Source of the DNA: Candidatus Poribacteria bacterium
Lineage (GTDB): Bacteria > Poribacteria > WGA-4E > WGA-3G
Assembly (NCBI GenBank): GCA_963663765.2
Contig: CAXXUA010000005.1
Location: 1,312,001-1,376,000 of the forward strand
Reading direction: 5' to 3'
DNA: 64,000 nt
The notes under the pieces are model-generated. The model was given only the letters and a program-made list of their open reading frames with translations, was not told the DNA's origin and searched no databases. A program made the position numbers and the translations under genes. This document shows, one piece after another, positions 1 to 8,878 of this stretch. Numbering within the stretch: the stretch's first letter is position 1; each line of letters opens with the position of its first letter.

Positions 1-1
1 G

Positions 2-502
2 TCTCTCGCTGGTGTACCAAAAGGAGAAGTACTCAAAGTGTTCAGGGTCATGCAAAACTTCAAACTTGCAGTTTCAGGTGATACTGTGTACGTCGGAAAA
101 CGGGATGGACACCTACTCGTATCTCATGACAGAGGAAATAATTGGACTGATATCACATCAAGACTACCACATTCTATCATCGCCTTCAAAGATATCAAGT
201 ACTTTGGACCCAAAGTGTATGTAGCAACGGATGCCGGTGTAACTATGTCAAGTAATGGATTACAATGGCAAGCTATCACTGATGCTGCAGGAGAAAATCT
301 CGTTATGGAACACTTAGCTGTTGATGATAAATGGCTTTGTGGAATTACTGAGAAAACAGGTGTTTATCTCTTAGTAAATGGGACATGGGAACAAATTGTA
401 TCCGAAATTCCTGATAAAGTAACTTCTCTTGCTATTGATGGAAATACAGTATACGTCGGCACATGGAAACGTGGTATGCTCCACTATAATCTTTCTGAAT
501 AA
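2..502 (+). CDS. C-terminal part of a beta-propeller (BNR/WD40-YVTN-like) protein, 5'-truncated by the window edge
   Basis: Frame is open from base 2; BNR/Asp-box-like SHDRGNNW and SSNGLQW; repeated blade motifs VYVG/VYVAT/VYVGT. Confidence 0.75.
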   Translation, partial: SLAGVPKGEVLKVFRVMQNFKLAVSGDTVYVGKRDGHLLVSHDRGNNWTDITSRLPHSIIAFKDIKYFGPKVYVATDAGVTMSSNGLQWQAITDAAGENLVMEHLAVDDKWLCGITEKTGVYLLVNGTWEQIVSEIPDKVTSLAIDGNTVYVGTWKRGMLHYNLSE

Positions 503-539
503 AACAACAAACCTTCAAATCAGGGGTGCACTCATACTA

Positions 540-693
540 CCCATTGGTTTCAATTTAAGAAAAAAGTGTTGGTATCTCTTTTGTGGGAGGGGTTTTCAAC
601 CCCGATTTTATGAACATTTCCTCTCAAATCGAGGTTGAAAACCCCTCCCACAAGAGAAACGCCAAAATATAATCCTAAATTGATGCATATGGG
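540..693. repeat. MITE-like shell (TCAATTTAAG...CTAAATTGA) containing a REP doublet GTGGGAGGGGTTTTCAACCCCG...CGAGGTTGAAAACCCCTCCCAC (family A in shell J)
   Basis: Near-identical copies at about 20236-20325, 41783-41909 and 45482-45740. Confidence 0.85.
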
Positions 694-1024
694 ACGGGGT
701 CTCGTCGCACAGAATATGGATGATATTTTCAAGGCTCACAAATCCCCATCTATTTGTAGGACGAGGTCACCGTACCCCCCATTGTTTTCGCACACCAGAT
801 TGGTAAGGTATAGAGACCTGGGAATGCTCTATAGTATTCATACCCGGGGAATGATATACGCGCATTGATACCGTTGATTTCTTGATTTGAAAATCCCTGT
901 TCAGACATCTGTACAGAAACTTTCAATAAATCCAAACAGTCCCTAAACCTATTGGAAATTCCAATAACCTAACACAAAAAACACGCCTATCCTCACCCCC
1001 ACATAATGTATAATAGACTATAGT

Positions 1025-1157
1025 GTACGACTTGTGCCAGTTAACCCATTGTTTTCAAAGTTTTTACATTTATTAGGTTTATAATGCACACATATCGTCC
1101 CTACGGGACTAAAGAGAACAAAAGTTTGTACCTCTGTGCAAAAAACTTTACACACCC
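1025..1157. repeat. Dispersed repeat: family C palindrome (CATATCGTCCCTACGGGACTAAAG) plus right end of shell I (CTTTACACACCC)
   Basis: 1095-1157 nearly identical to 48194-48253; 1025-1104 closely matches the reverse complement of 57462-57540. Confidence 0.8.
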
Positions 1158-1174
1158 GTCGTGTTGTGCTTGTC

Positions 1175-1203
1175 TTGACAACCCTCATCCGTTGTGATAG
1201 AAT
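1175..1203 (+). promoter_or_regulatory. Sigma70-type promoter of lpdA
   Basis: TTGACA-17 nt-TAGAAT with extended TG, about 30 nt upstream of the ATG. Confidence 0.7.
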
Positions 1204-1232
1204 TATATCCATCTCAATAAACAGGAGCGGTT

Positions 1233-2609
1233 ATGGCAACTTATGATGTTGGAATTATCGGTGGAGGTCCAGGTGGGTATGTGGCTGCGATTAGAGCGGC
1301 GCAACTTGGTGGTTCTGTATGCCTTATTGAAAAGGGTGAATGGGGAGGTACTTGTCTAAATAGAGGGTGTATTCCAACGAAGACCCTTTTTTCTATAGCA
1401 CATTTAGCGGAACAGGTTCGTAACACACCCTCACTAAATGTCCAAAGCGCGATTGTTGATTATTCACAAACATTAGAACATAAAACAGTGGTGATCCAAA
1501 AACTAAACGATGGCATAGGAAAGCTACTGAAAGCAAACAAAGTTAATACTATAAACGGCAACGCTGTACTTTCTGATAAGAATACAATAACTATAAGCAA
1601 ATCAGATGGTACAACCGAACAGGTGAAAGCGAATAGTGTCATTATTGCGACTGGGTCTGAACCTGCGAACCCTCCTGTGTTTGAGATTGATGAAACCGAT
1701 GTGTTGACAACAACAGGTATTCTTAACCTCACAGAAATCCCTGAGAGTCTTATTATTGTCGGTGGTGGCATATCGGGATGTGAATTTGCGTCTATATTCA
1801 ATGCTTTCGGTTGTAAAGTGACCGTGTTGGAACTGCTACCTACTATTTTGGCGACTGAAGATGTACAGGTTGTTCGTCATATCCAACTTTTTATGAAGCG
1901 AAAAGGTATCACAATCCATACAGGAGCGAATATCACCAGTGTTGAAAAAACGGATGGAGGAGTCACAGCAGAGCTTGAGTCTGGTGAAAGTCTATCTGCA
2001 GAAAAGATGCTGGTTTCAATCGGTAGACAGTACAATTCAGTGGGGATTGGATTAGAAAAGGTTGGTGTTCATACAGAAAAGGGTAAAATTGTTGTAGATG
2101 ATAAGATGCAGACGAACATCTCCGGTGTCTATGCTGTTGGTGATGTTGCAAGTCGGTATCTGCTTGCACATGTGGCATCTGCTGAAGGAAAGGTTGCTGC
2201 ACAGAACTGTCTCGGTGAAGCGACTGAGATGGATTATCAAGTTATTCCGTGGTGTGTTTTCACACTTCCCGAAATTGGACATGTGGGTATGACTGAAATA
2301 GAAGCCACTGATGAGGGGTATGAGGTTAAGGTAGGTAGGTTTCCTTATGGAGCAAGTGGCATGGCGTTAGGGATGGGTGAGGCAGATGGATTCGTAAAGA
2401 CCGTTACGGATGCGGATAGTGGTGATATTCTGGGGGTTCATATTGTCGGTGTTCATGCGTCAACGTTAATTCATGAGGCGGCAGTTGCGATTCGATTGGG
2501 TGCCTCTGCGATGGATATTGCACATTGTGTGCATGCGCACCCAACGCTTTCGGAGATGGTGATGGAGTCTGCTGAAGCGGCGTATGGTCGTGCGGTGCAT
2601 GTGCTTTAG
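1233..2609 (+). CDS. lpdA: Dihydrolipoyl dehydrogenase
   Basis: GGGPGGY FAD motif, GGTCLNRGCIP redox disulfide, HAHPTLSE; AGGAG RBS. Confidence 0.95.
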   Translation: MATYDVGIIGGGPGGYVAAIRAAQLGGSVCLIEKGEWGGTCLNRGCIPTKTLFSIAHLAEQVRNTPSLNVQSAIVDYSQTLEHKTVVIQKLNDGIGKLLKANKVNTINGNAVLSDKNTITISKSDGTTEQVKANSVIIATGSEPANPPVFEIDETDVLTTTGILNLTEIPESLIIVGGGISGCEFASIFNAFGCKVTVLELLPTILATEDVQVVRHIQLFMKRKGITIHTGANITSVEKTDGGVTAELESGESLSAEKMLVSIGRQYNSVGIGLEKVGVHTEKGKIVVDDKMQTNISGVYAVGDVASRYLLAHVASAEGKVAAQNCLGEATEMDYQVIPWCVFTLPEIGHVGMTEIEATDEGYEVKVGRFPYGASGMALGMGEADGFVKTVTDADSGDILGVHIVGVHASTLIHEAAVAIRLGASAMDIAHCVHAHPTLSEMVMESAEAAYGRAVHVL

Positions 2610-3071
2610 GTTGTATTATATGTCATAATTGTGTTAAAATTGTACTATGGTTTGGACAGTTTTAAGAATTGAACTGCGGATTGGACATCTATTTTCATAT
2701 TTATACTCCTCATGCAGCATGCCATACGTGCATGCTGCCACCGCGGGTGCTTGGTTAATGGGATTCTTGACACTTCTATACACTTGTCGCACCGCTGGTG
2801 CTGCCATTATAGGCGATAAAATTCTTTTTTGTGAGTTTCATAACATTGTTGTAACTCAACGAAAATATATCAAAAATCAAAGTGGTAGTCCCAAAGGGAC
2901 GGAATGTGTATAGATCATTAGCTGTCCCACTCAAGCCGCAGAGGGGCGAAATGTGTTTTAGCACGAGATTCAGAAATGAAAATGAAAGCATCACGACTCA
3001 AAAAACTTTCCAAACTATAGTAAAATTGTAAGGAAATTTATTATATTTTCATTTTATGAGGGGTATGAATA

Positions 3072-4166
3072 ATGACTGCTTACGCATTTTGGAACAACAA
3101 AGGAGGTGTCGGGAAGAGTTTCTTAAGTTTTGTTGCAGCAACTGAATATGCACGTACTTACTCTGATACTGATGTTTATGTAATAGATTTATGTCCACAA
3201 GCGAACATTTCAGAGATGTTAATATTGAATTCCGAAATATTAATTAATACTACCGATCAAGAAACTTTATTTAGTTATGATGTGATACGTGAGAATTTTG
3301 ATGTGATGCATAAATTCTTTAATAAAACACCGCGAGCTACAGTTGCGGGTTATATTGAAGCACGGCTTAATTCTCCTTTTCGTCCCCTTAATGATGTATC
3401 ACCTTATGTCTGCCGGCCGCGTGACTACAATGGAAAACTTCCTACAAATTTACATTTAATATGCGGAGACTATCTGTTAGAAATTCTTTCAGAAGCGATT
3501 CGTCAGACTTCACAACTTGCTATTCCAGTGGATGCTTGGAAACAAGTACTTAGTTGGATTAAGGATCTGACAGTTGCATTGGGAAAACGGAGTGGGGATA
3601 GAGATACCCTTTTTATAATTGATTGTAATCCAAGTTTTGCTATTTATACCCAATTGGCACTTGTAGCAGCCAATAACCTTGTTGTACCCCTTACACCTGA
3701 TGATAGTTCACGTAGGGCGGTAGAAAACGTTGTAGCATTACTTTACGGACATGGTTTTGGAGACCCTAAGATAGAGTCGTACGCAAAAATCAACTTTGCA
3801 AAAAGAGCAAAGGAGATTGGTTTAAATGTACCGAGACTGCATACGTTTATAAGTAATCGCGTGACCATTTATGAGGGGAAAGCAAGCAAAGCATTTGAAG
3901 CTGTGAATGCATCTATTAAAGAAACTTTAAATGGGCTACATCAAAAGTATCGGCAGATATATGCGATCCCAAAAGAATTGCCGAGTGATAGGTTCATAGA
4001 AATACCAGATTATCACAGTGCATGTGTCGTTATGGCAGTTAAAGGTATACCTTTAGATAGTCTTCAACCCGGTCCGAATATGGTTCATGGTAAACGGGTT
4101 CAACTCAACCCTAAACCGTTAGAACGATATCAACAAGCGCTCACTGAATTTGTAAGTTATCTATAA
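3072..4166 (+). CDS. ParA/Soj-family ATPase (long, accessory type)
   Basis: Deviant Walker A WNNKGGVGKS, VIDLCPQAN, IIDCNPS; no parB adjacent. Confidence 0.85.
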   Translation: MTAYAFWNNKGGVGKSFLSFVAATEYARTYSDTDVYVIDLCPQANISEMLILNSEILINTTDQETLFSYDVIRENFDVMHKFFNKTPRATVAGYIEARLNSPFRPLNDVSPYVCRPRDYNGKLPTNLHLICGDYLLEILSEAIRQTSQLAIPVDAWKQVLSWIKDLTVALGKRSGDRDTLFIIDCNPSFAIYTQLALVAANNLVVPLTPDDSSRRAVENVVALLYGHGFGDPKIESYAKINFAKRAKEIGLNVPRLHTFISNRVTIYEGKASKAFEAVNASIKETLNGLHQKYRQIYAIPKELPSDRFIEIPDYHSACVVMAVKGIPLDSLQPGPNMVHGKRVQLNPKPLERYQQALTEFVSYL

Positions 4167-4175
4167 AGGTTACTT

Positions 4176-4733
4176 GTGTCATCACCAGCGGCTTTGAAGT
4201 ACATAAACTCAACAAATCATATACAAACACTTCGCAAGACTGCCACAGATAAGCGCTTGCGCCCTATGCCACGCAAAGAAGTCCAAATCTATTACCATGC
4301 AGCCCTCACGGGAAACGTCGCTGCATGGAATGCTTATATAAGCAATTTGGTGCACGATTTCTATAGTTTAATATCTGAACCATCAAACCAAATTTTTGAT
4401 GCAGTATATACAATTGCACAACAAGCAGCAGATAATGCATTGTTAAGGTTTAATACACCAAACTGGGAGAATACACGCGCTATTCTTGTTCAATATACTG
4501 GTTACGATCCAATCAGCGATTGGGGTGGTTCGCAAATAAATATGAATCTGGAACAAGTTAAACAACGATTGGCAGAAATATTGAAAGTTCGTCACAGTTT
4601 TGCTCACGGTTCTGAAATGCCAGCTTACACCTGGACACAATCACCGAGTGGACAGGTCCGTTTAACAAATAAAGCAATTAAAGGAACTGAGATATTCTTC
4701 AAAAACTTGTTAAAGTCACTGATATTGGGATGA
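4176..4733 (+). CDS. HEPN-domain nuclease (MAE_18760/RiboL-PSP-HEPN-like); C-terminus possibly frameshifted
   Basis: Helical protein with EILKVRHSFAHG (Rx4H motif), 9 nt downstream of the ParA gene. Confidence 0.7.
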   Translation: MSSPAALKYINSTNHIQTLRKTATDKRLRPMPRKEVQIYYHAALTGNVAAWNAYISNLVHDFYSLISEPSNQIFDAVYTIAQQAADNALLRFNTPNWENTRAILVQYTGYDPISDWGGSQINMNLEQVKQRLAEILKVRHSFAHGSEMPAYTWTQSPSGQVRLTNKAIKGTEIFFKNLLKSLILG

Positions 4734-4826
4734 AAACACATATTGAATTGACTTACGGACTTAGTGGTTTTTGGTAAGTATAATATATTTTATTTAGGAA
4801 TACTAAACAATCTGTCATACAACTCA

Positions 4827-5732
4827 TTAAAAGCATGATACTTCCTGAAGTTCCCGATATCGCCCCTCAATCTCGTCAAACTGGACAGATTTTTGCCGAT
4901 TGATGCTGAAGTCCTCAATGTTGAACGAGGCGACAACAGTGCCATACACCATGGCTTTGCGAATTGAACCCTCCGATAAATCACATACAGATGCAAGATA
5001 ACCCATAAAGCCTCCAGCAAAACAATCGCCAGCACCTGTGGGATCTGTTACTTGTGTTAACGGATATGCAGGTGCACTGAAGAATGATGTTGCTGTGATG
5101 CTAATTGCACCGTGCTCACCTTTCTTGATGATAACACGTTTTGGACCATAACGTAGGATTGCCTTTGCTGCTTTCATTAGATTATTTTCACCGGTTAACA
5201 ACCTTGCCTCGCTATCGTTCAGGATTAGGATGTCAACACGTTCTATAGTTTTCTCTAACGCATCCCGTTCTTCATTTATCCAAAAATCCATCGTATCCGA
5301 GACAACAAGTTTTGGGTTTGATGCTTGCTCAATAATGCTCAATTGGAGTTGGGGAGGGTCATTTGCTAAAAAGAGGTAGGGGATATCCTTGTAAGCATCG
5401 GGTAAAACGGGGTGGAAATCTTCAATAACATTCAACTCTGTAAAGAGTGTATCCCGTACGTTGAAGTCTTCAGCGTATTTTCCACCCCATCGGAATGTTT
5501 TTCCGTTTTCAACGCGCGTTAATCCTTCAAGGTCGATGTTGCGTGTTTGAAGAAAGTCAGTGTATGCTATTGGGAAATCAGCACCTACCACTCCGACAAG
5601 ACGAACAGGCATGCCAAAGAAACTTGCAGCAACGGCGGCATAAGTACCAGAACCTCCCAGTACATCTTCAACCCGTTGATGTGGCGTTTCTACAGTATCC
5701 AATGTCACTGTGCCAACTACTAACACTTCCAT
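4827..5732 (-). CDS. PfkB-family carbohydrate/nucleoside kinase (probably adenosine kinase)
   Basis: LGGSGTY and DPTGAGDCFAGG signatures; operonic with ahcY and metK. Confidence 0.85.
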   Translation of the reverse strand: MEVLVVGTVTLDTVETPHQRVEDVLGGSGTYAAVAASFFGMPVRLVGVVGADFPIAYTDFLQTRNIDLEGLTRVENGKTFRWGGKYAEDFNVRDTLFTELNVIEDFHPVLPDAYKDIPYLFLANDPPQLQLSIIEQASNPKLVVSDTMDFWINEERDALEKTIERVDILILNDSEARLLTGENNLMKAAKAILRYGPKRVIIKKGEHGAISITATSFFSAPAYPLTQVTDPTGAGDCFAGGFMGYLASVCDLSEGSIRKAMVYGTVVASFNIEDFSINRQKSVQFDEIEGRYRELQEVSCF

Positions 5733-5749
5733 TCTTTTCTCCATTGGAC

Positions 5750-5983
5750 TTACGAAAACATTCCGGGTCGGTTTTTGTTTTCACGAAAGGCGGCAACGAT
5801 ACGACGTAAGCGGCGTATAAAAATGAAACCGAGTAGAAGTACGAGCGGATATACGGCATAGTCCAGTAAAGTGTTAATTGAAGCGGGGAATTGCACTTTA
5901 CCAGAACGCGCTAACCATAAAGGGAGTAAAATCAGCGCAGCAATAAGTAATAGTATACCTTCCCAGATCTCAGTTTTCTTCAT
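5750..5983 (-). CDS. Small two-TM membrane protein
   Basis: Two hydrophobic helices and a basic tail; tightly packed in the operon. Confidence 0.65.
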   Translation of the reverse strand: MKKTEIWEGILLLIAALILLPLWLARSGKVQFPASINTLLDYAVYPLVLLLGFIFIRRLRRIVAAFRENKNRPGMFS

Positions 5984-6011
5984 AGGTTTTCTGAGACTAC
6001 AATAACAATAC

Positions 6012-7280
6012 TTATGTCCCCATCTCCCATGAGTTTAGGTATTTCTCTTGCTCTGGTGTGAGTGTGTCAATCTCAATTCCGAAGGAAGCTAACTTTAGAC
6101 TTGCGATTTCCTCGTCGATAGATGCGGGGACATCATATACCCGATTTTCAAGTTTTTTCTGATTTTTTGCGATATACTCAAGGGACAATGCTTGATTAGC
6201 AAAACTCATGTCCATAACGCTTGCGGGATGTCCCTCAGCAGTTGCTAAGTTGACTAAACGTCCTTCGCCGATGAGAAAAAGGGTTCTACCATCAGCAATT
6301 GTATAGGCTTCAACAAATTTACGTGCATTGGATTTTTCAACAGCAAGTTCTTCAAGTGCGGGTATATCAATCTCAACATTAAAATGCCCTGAATTAGCGA
6401 TGATTGCACCATCCTTCATCGCTTCAAAATGTTCTTTTCGAAGGACATGAATATCACCTGTTAGCGTTATGACGAGATCTGCTTCCTGAACTGCATTCTG
6501 CATTGGCATCACTCTGAATCCGTCCATGACTGCTTCTAATGCTTTTAGTGCGGTTACTTCGGTAACAATTACATTTGCACCTAATCCACGCGCTCGGTTT
6601 GCGACCCCTCTACCACACCATCCATAACCTGCGATGACGACAGTTGTTCCTGCGATGAGAAGGTTTGTTGCACGGATAATACCGTCTAAAGTGCTTTGTC
6701 CTGTGCCGTATCTATTATCAAAGAAGTGTTTTGTATCTGCGTCATTGACAGCGATAATGGGATATTTCAACACACCTTCAGCGGCCATGCTTTTTAGTCT
6801 GATAACACCGGTTGTTGTTTCTTCAGTTCCTGCGATTACATTTTCAACATAAGCGGGATTTGTTTCTTCGGAGTGTAGTAGCGACACCAAGTCAGCACCA
6901 TCATCCATTGTGATGTTTGGTTGCGTGTCAAGTGTAGAATTGATATGTTGATAGTAAGTTTTTGTGTTTTCTCCGTTGATAGCGAAAACTGAGATGTTGT
7001 CATTTTTGACAAGAGAAGCGGCGACATCATCTTGTGTGCTTAGCGGGTTTGATGCGCACAAAGCCAATTCCGCCCCACCAACTTTTAGCGTTTGCATAAG
7101 GTTTGCTGTTTCAGTTGTGACATGTAGACACGCGGCAACTGTAAGACCTTGCAGTGGCTGTTCTTTTTTAAAACGTTCACGGATAGATGTCAGAACAGGC
7201 ATAAATCGGTTTGCCCAGTCAATTCGTTGTTTTCCATCATCTGCGAGTTCTTTTGTTTTGATATCGTAGTCCATTGTCAT
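6012..7280 (-). CDS. ahcY: Adenosylhomocysteinase
   Basis: [55 protein letters not shown]. Confidence 0.97.
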   Translation of the reverse strand: MTMDYDIKTKELADDGKQRIDWANRFMPVLTSIRERFKKEQPLQGLTVAACLHVTTETANLMQTLKVGGAELALCASNPLSTQDDVAASLVKNDNISVFAINGENTKTYYQHINSTLDTQPNITMDDGADLVSLLHSEETNPAYVENVIAGTEETTTGVIRLKSMAAEGVLKYPIIAVNDADTKHFFDNRYGTGQSTLDGIIRATNLLIAGTTVVIAGYGWCGRGVANRARGLGANVIVTEVTALKALEAVMDGFRVMPMQNAVQEADLVITLTGDIHVLRKEHFEAMKDGAIIANSGHFNVEIDIPALEELAVEKSNARKFVEAYTIADGRTLFLIGEGRLVNLATAEGHPASVMDMSFANQALSLEYIAKNQKKLENRVYDVPASIDEEIASLKLASFGIEIDTLTPEQEKYLNSWEMGT

Positions 7281-7283
7281 CCT

Positions 7284-8411
7284 TTATTTCTTTAGTTTTT
7301 CAACATAATCATTTTTTTCCCACGTGAACCCTGGTTCTGTGCGTCCGAAGTGCCCGTAAGCTGCAGTATTTCTGTAAATCGGTTCGCGTAGTTTCATTCT
7401 ATCTATAATTCCTTCTGGAGTTAGGTCGAAATGCTGGTTGACTAACTTTGCTGCTATTTCATCATCTCCTGTTCCGAAAGTATCAACCATAACTGAGACA
7501 GGAGCTTTACATCCTATTGCATAAGCGATTTGTATTTCACAGCGTTCTGCTAAACCAGCAGCAACGAGATTTTTCGCTGCGTGTCGCGCGGCGTAAGCTG
7601 CACTTCTGTCAACTTTTGTTGGGTCTTTACCAGATAGTGCCCCTCCACCGTGTCTACCCATTCCACCGTAAGTATCCACGATGATTTTTCTCCCAGTTAA
7701 TCCTGCGTCTCCGTGAGGACCACCTGTCACGAAACGCCCTGTTGGGTTAATGTGATATACGACATCTGGACTCAGTAGCTCTTCTGGGATAACTTTTTTA
7801 ATAACCTCTTCAATTATTCCTTCTCTCAGGTCAGAATCTGATACATCGGGATGATGCTGTGATGAGACAACAACAGTCGTTACAAGTGCGGGTTTATTAT
7901 CAACATATTCAACGGTTACTTGTGATTTTCCATCAGGTCGGATGAAATTGAGTATTCCTTCTTTACGTACTTGTGCTAAGCGGTGTGTCAGTTGGTGTGC
8001 TAATGTGATGGGTAAAGGCATTAGTTCGGGTGTATCGGAGCAGGCGTAACCGAACATTATACCTTGGTCACCTGCGCCGCCAGGGTTGACTCCCATTGCG
8101 ATGTCAGGTGATTGTTTGTCTATAGTTACTAATACTGCGCTGTGTTCCGAATCAAAACCGTAGTTGGCATCAGTATATCCGATGTCAGCGATAACTTCGC
8201 GTGCAATTTCTTGTAGGTTTGGGGTGGTTGTAGATGTGATTTCACCTGCGATAATGACTAGTCCGGTTGTTACGAGTGTTTCGCATGCTACTCGTCCTAA
8301 CGGGTCATCTGTTAGAATAGCGTCAAGGATCGCATCTGAAATCTGGTCAGCGATTTTGTCCGGGTGTCCTTCAGTGACAGATTCGGACGTAAACAAAAAA
8401 TTTCGACTCAA
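7284..8411 (-). CDS. metK: S-adenosylmethionine synthetase
   Basis: [44 protein letters not shown]; TTG start. Confidence 0.97.
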   Translation of the reverse strand: MSRNFLFTSESVTEGHPDKIADQISDAILDAILTDDPLGRVACETLVTTGLVIIAGEITSTTTPNLQEIAREVIADIGYTDANYGFDSEHSAVLVTIDKQSPDIAMGVNPGGAGDQGIMFGYACSDTPELMPLPITLAHQLTHRLAQVRKEGILNFIRPDGKSQVTVEYVDNKPALVTTVVVSSQHHPDVSDSDLREGIIEEVIKKVIPEELLSPDVVYHINPTGRFVTGGPHGDAGLTGRKIIVDTYGGMGRHGGGALSGKDPTKVDRSAAYAARHAAKNLVAAGLAERCEIQIAYAIGCKAPVSVMVDTFGTGDDEIAAKLVNQHFDLTPEGIIDRMKLREPIYRNTAAYGHFGRTEPGFTWEKNDYVEKLKK

Positions 8412-8878
8412 TTCGGTACTCCTGTCAACATATTTTCTTCATTTTTTATACCATTTCTGTTTTCTTATACCCAAATAAAGTGATTTGTCCTGCTAAGTGA
8501 GCGGTTAGGAAATCTCACCTACCGCCAAAAAAAGATAAATCCTGTTAATTTGGAATTATAACATTTCAAAAAAATTGATGTCGTATTACAAGTTTTTGTG
8601 AGGTATAATCTAATGTGGCACAAACTAACAGTTTGTGCCACATAGAAGAGACACTATATATTAACAATGGTATTAGATGTCATTCGTGATTGATACCCAT
8701 TATGTAACACTATTTTTGTATGTACACAGAAACTCGTCTTACAATAGTACAGCATATCTCATAAATGTGATCTTGTTGAAATTCACAAAATCATGTGTCT
8801 GGTAAATCGGGTTTAGAAACCCCTCCTACCATTTATGAGATAAGTTGAAATTGAAATTGAAATATGGATAATGAATAA

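Noticed and set aside
550-1212. Short ORFs in intergenic repeat regions (also 11890-12445, 20243-20530, 45367-45655, 48125-48384)
   Set aside because: They are translations of palindromic repeats and recur wherever the repeat does; no RBS or protein motifs.
8412-8878. SAM riboswitch upstream of metK
   Set aside because: No SAM-I core (AUC-AGAG...GCAAC...GUGC...GAU) found on the minus strand; the hairpins present belong to repeat families A and D and a GTGGCACAAAC palindrome.
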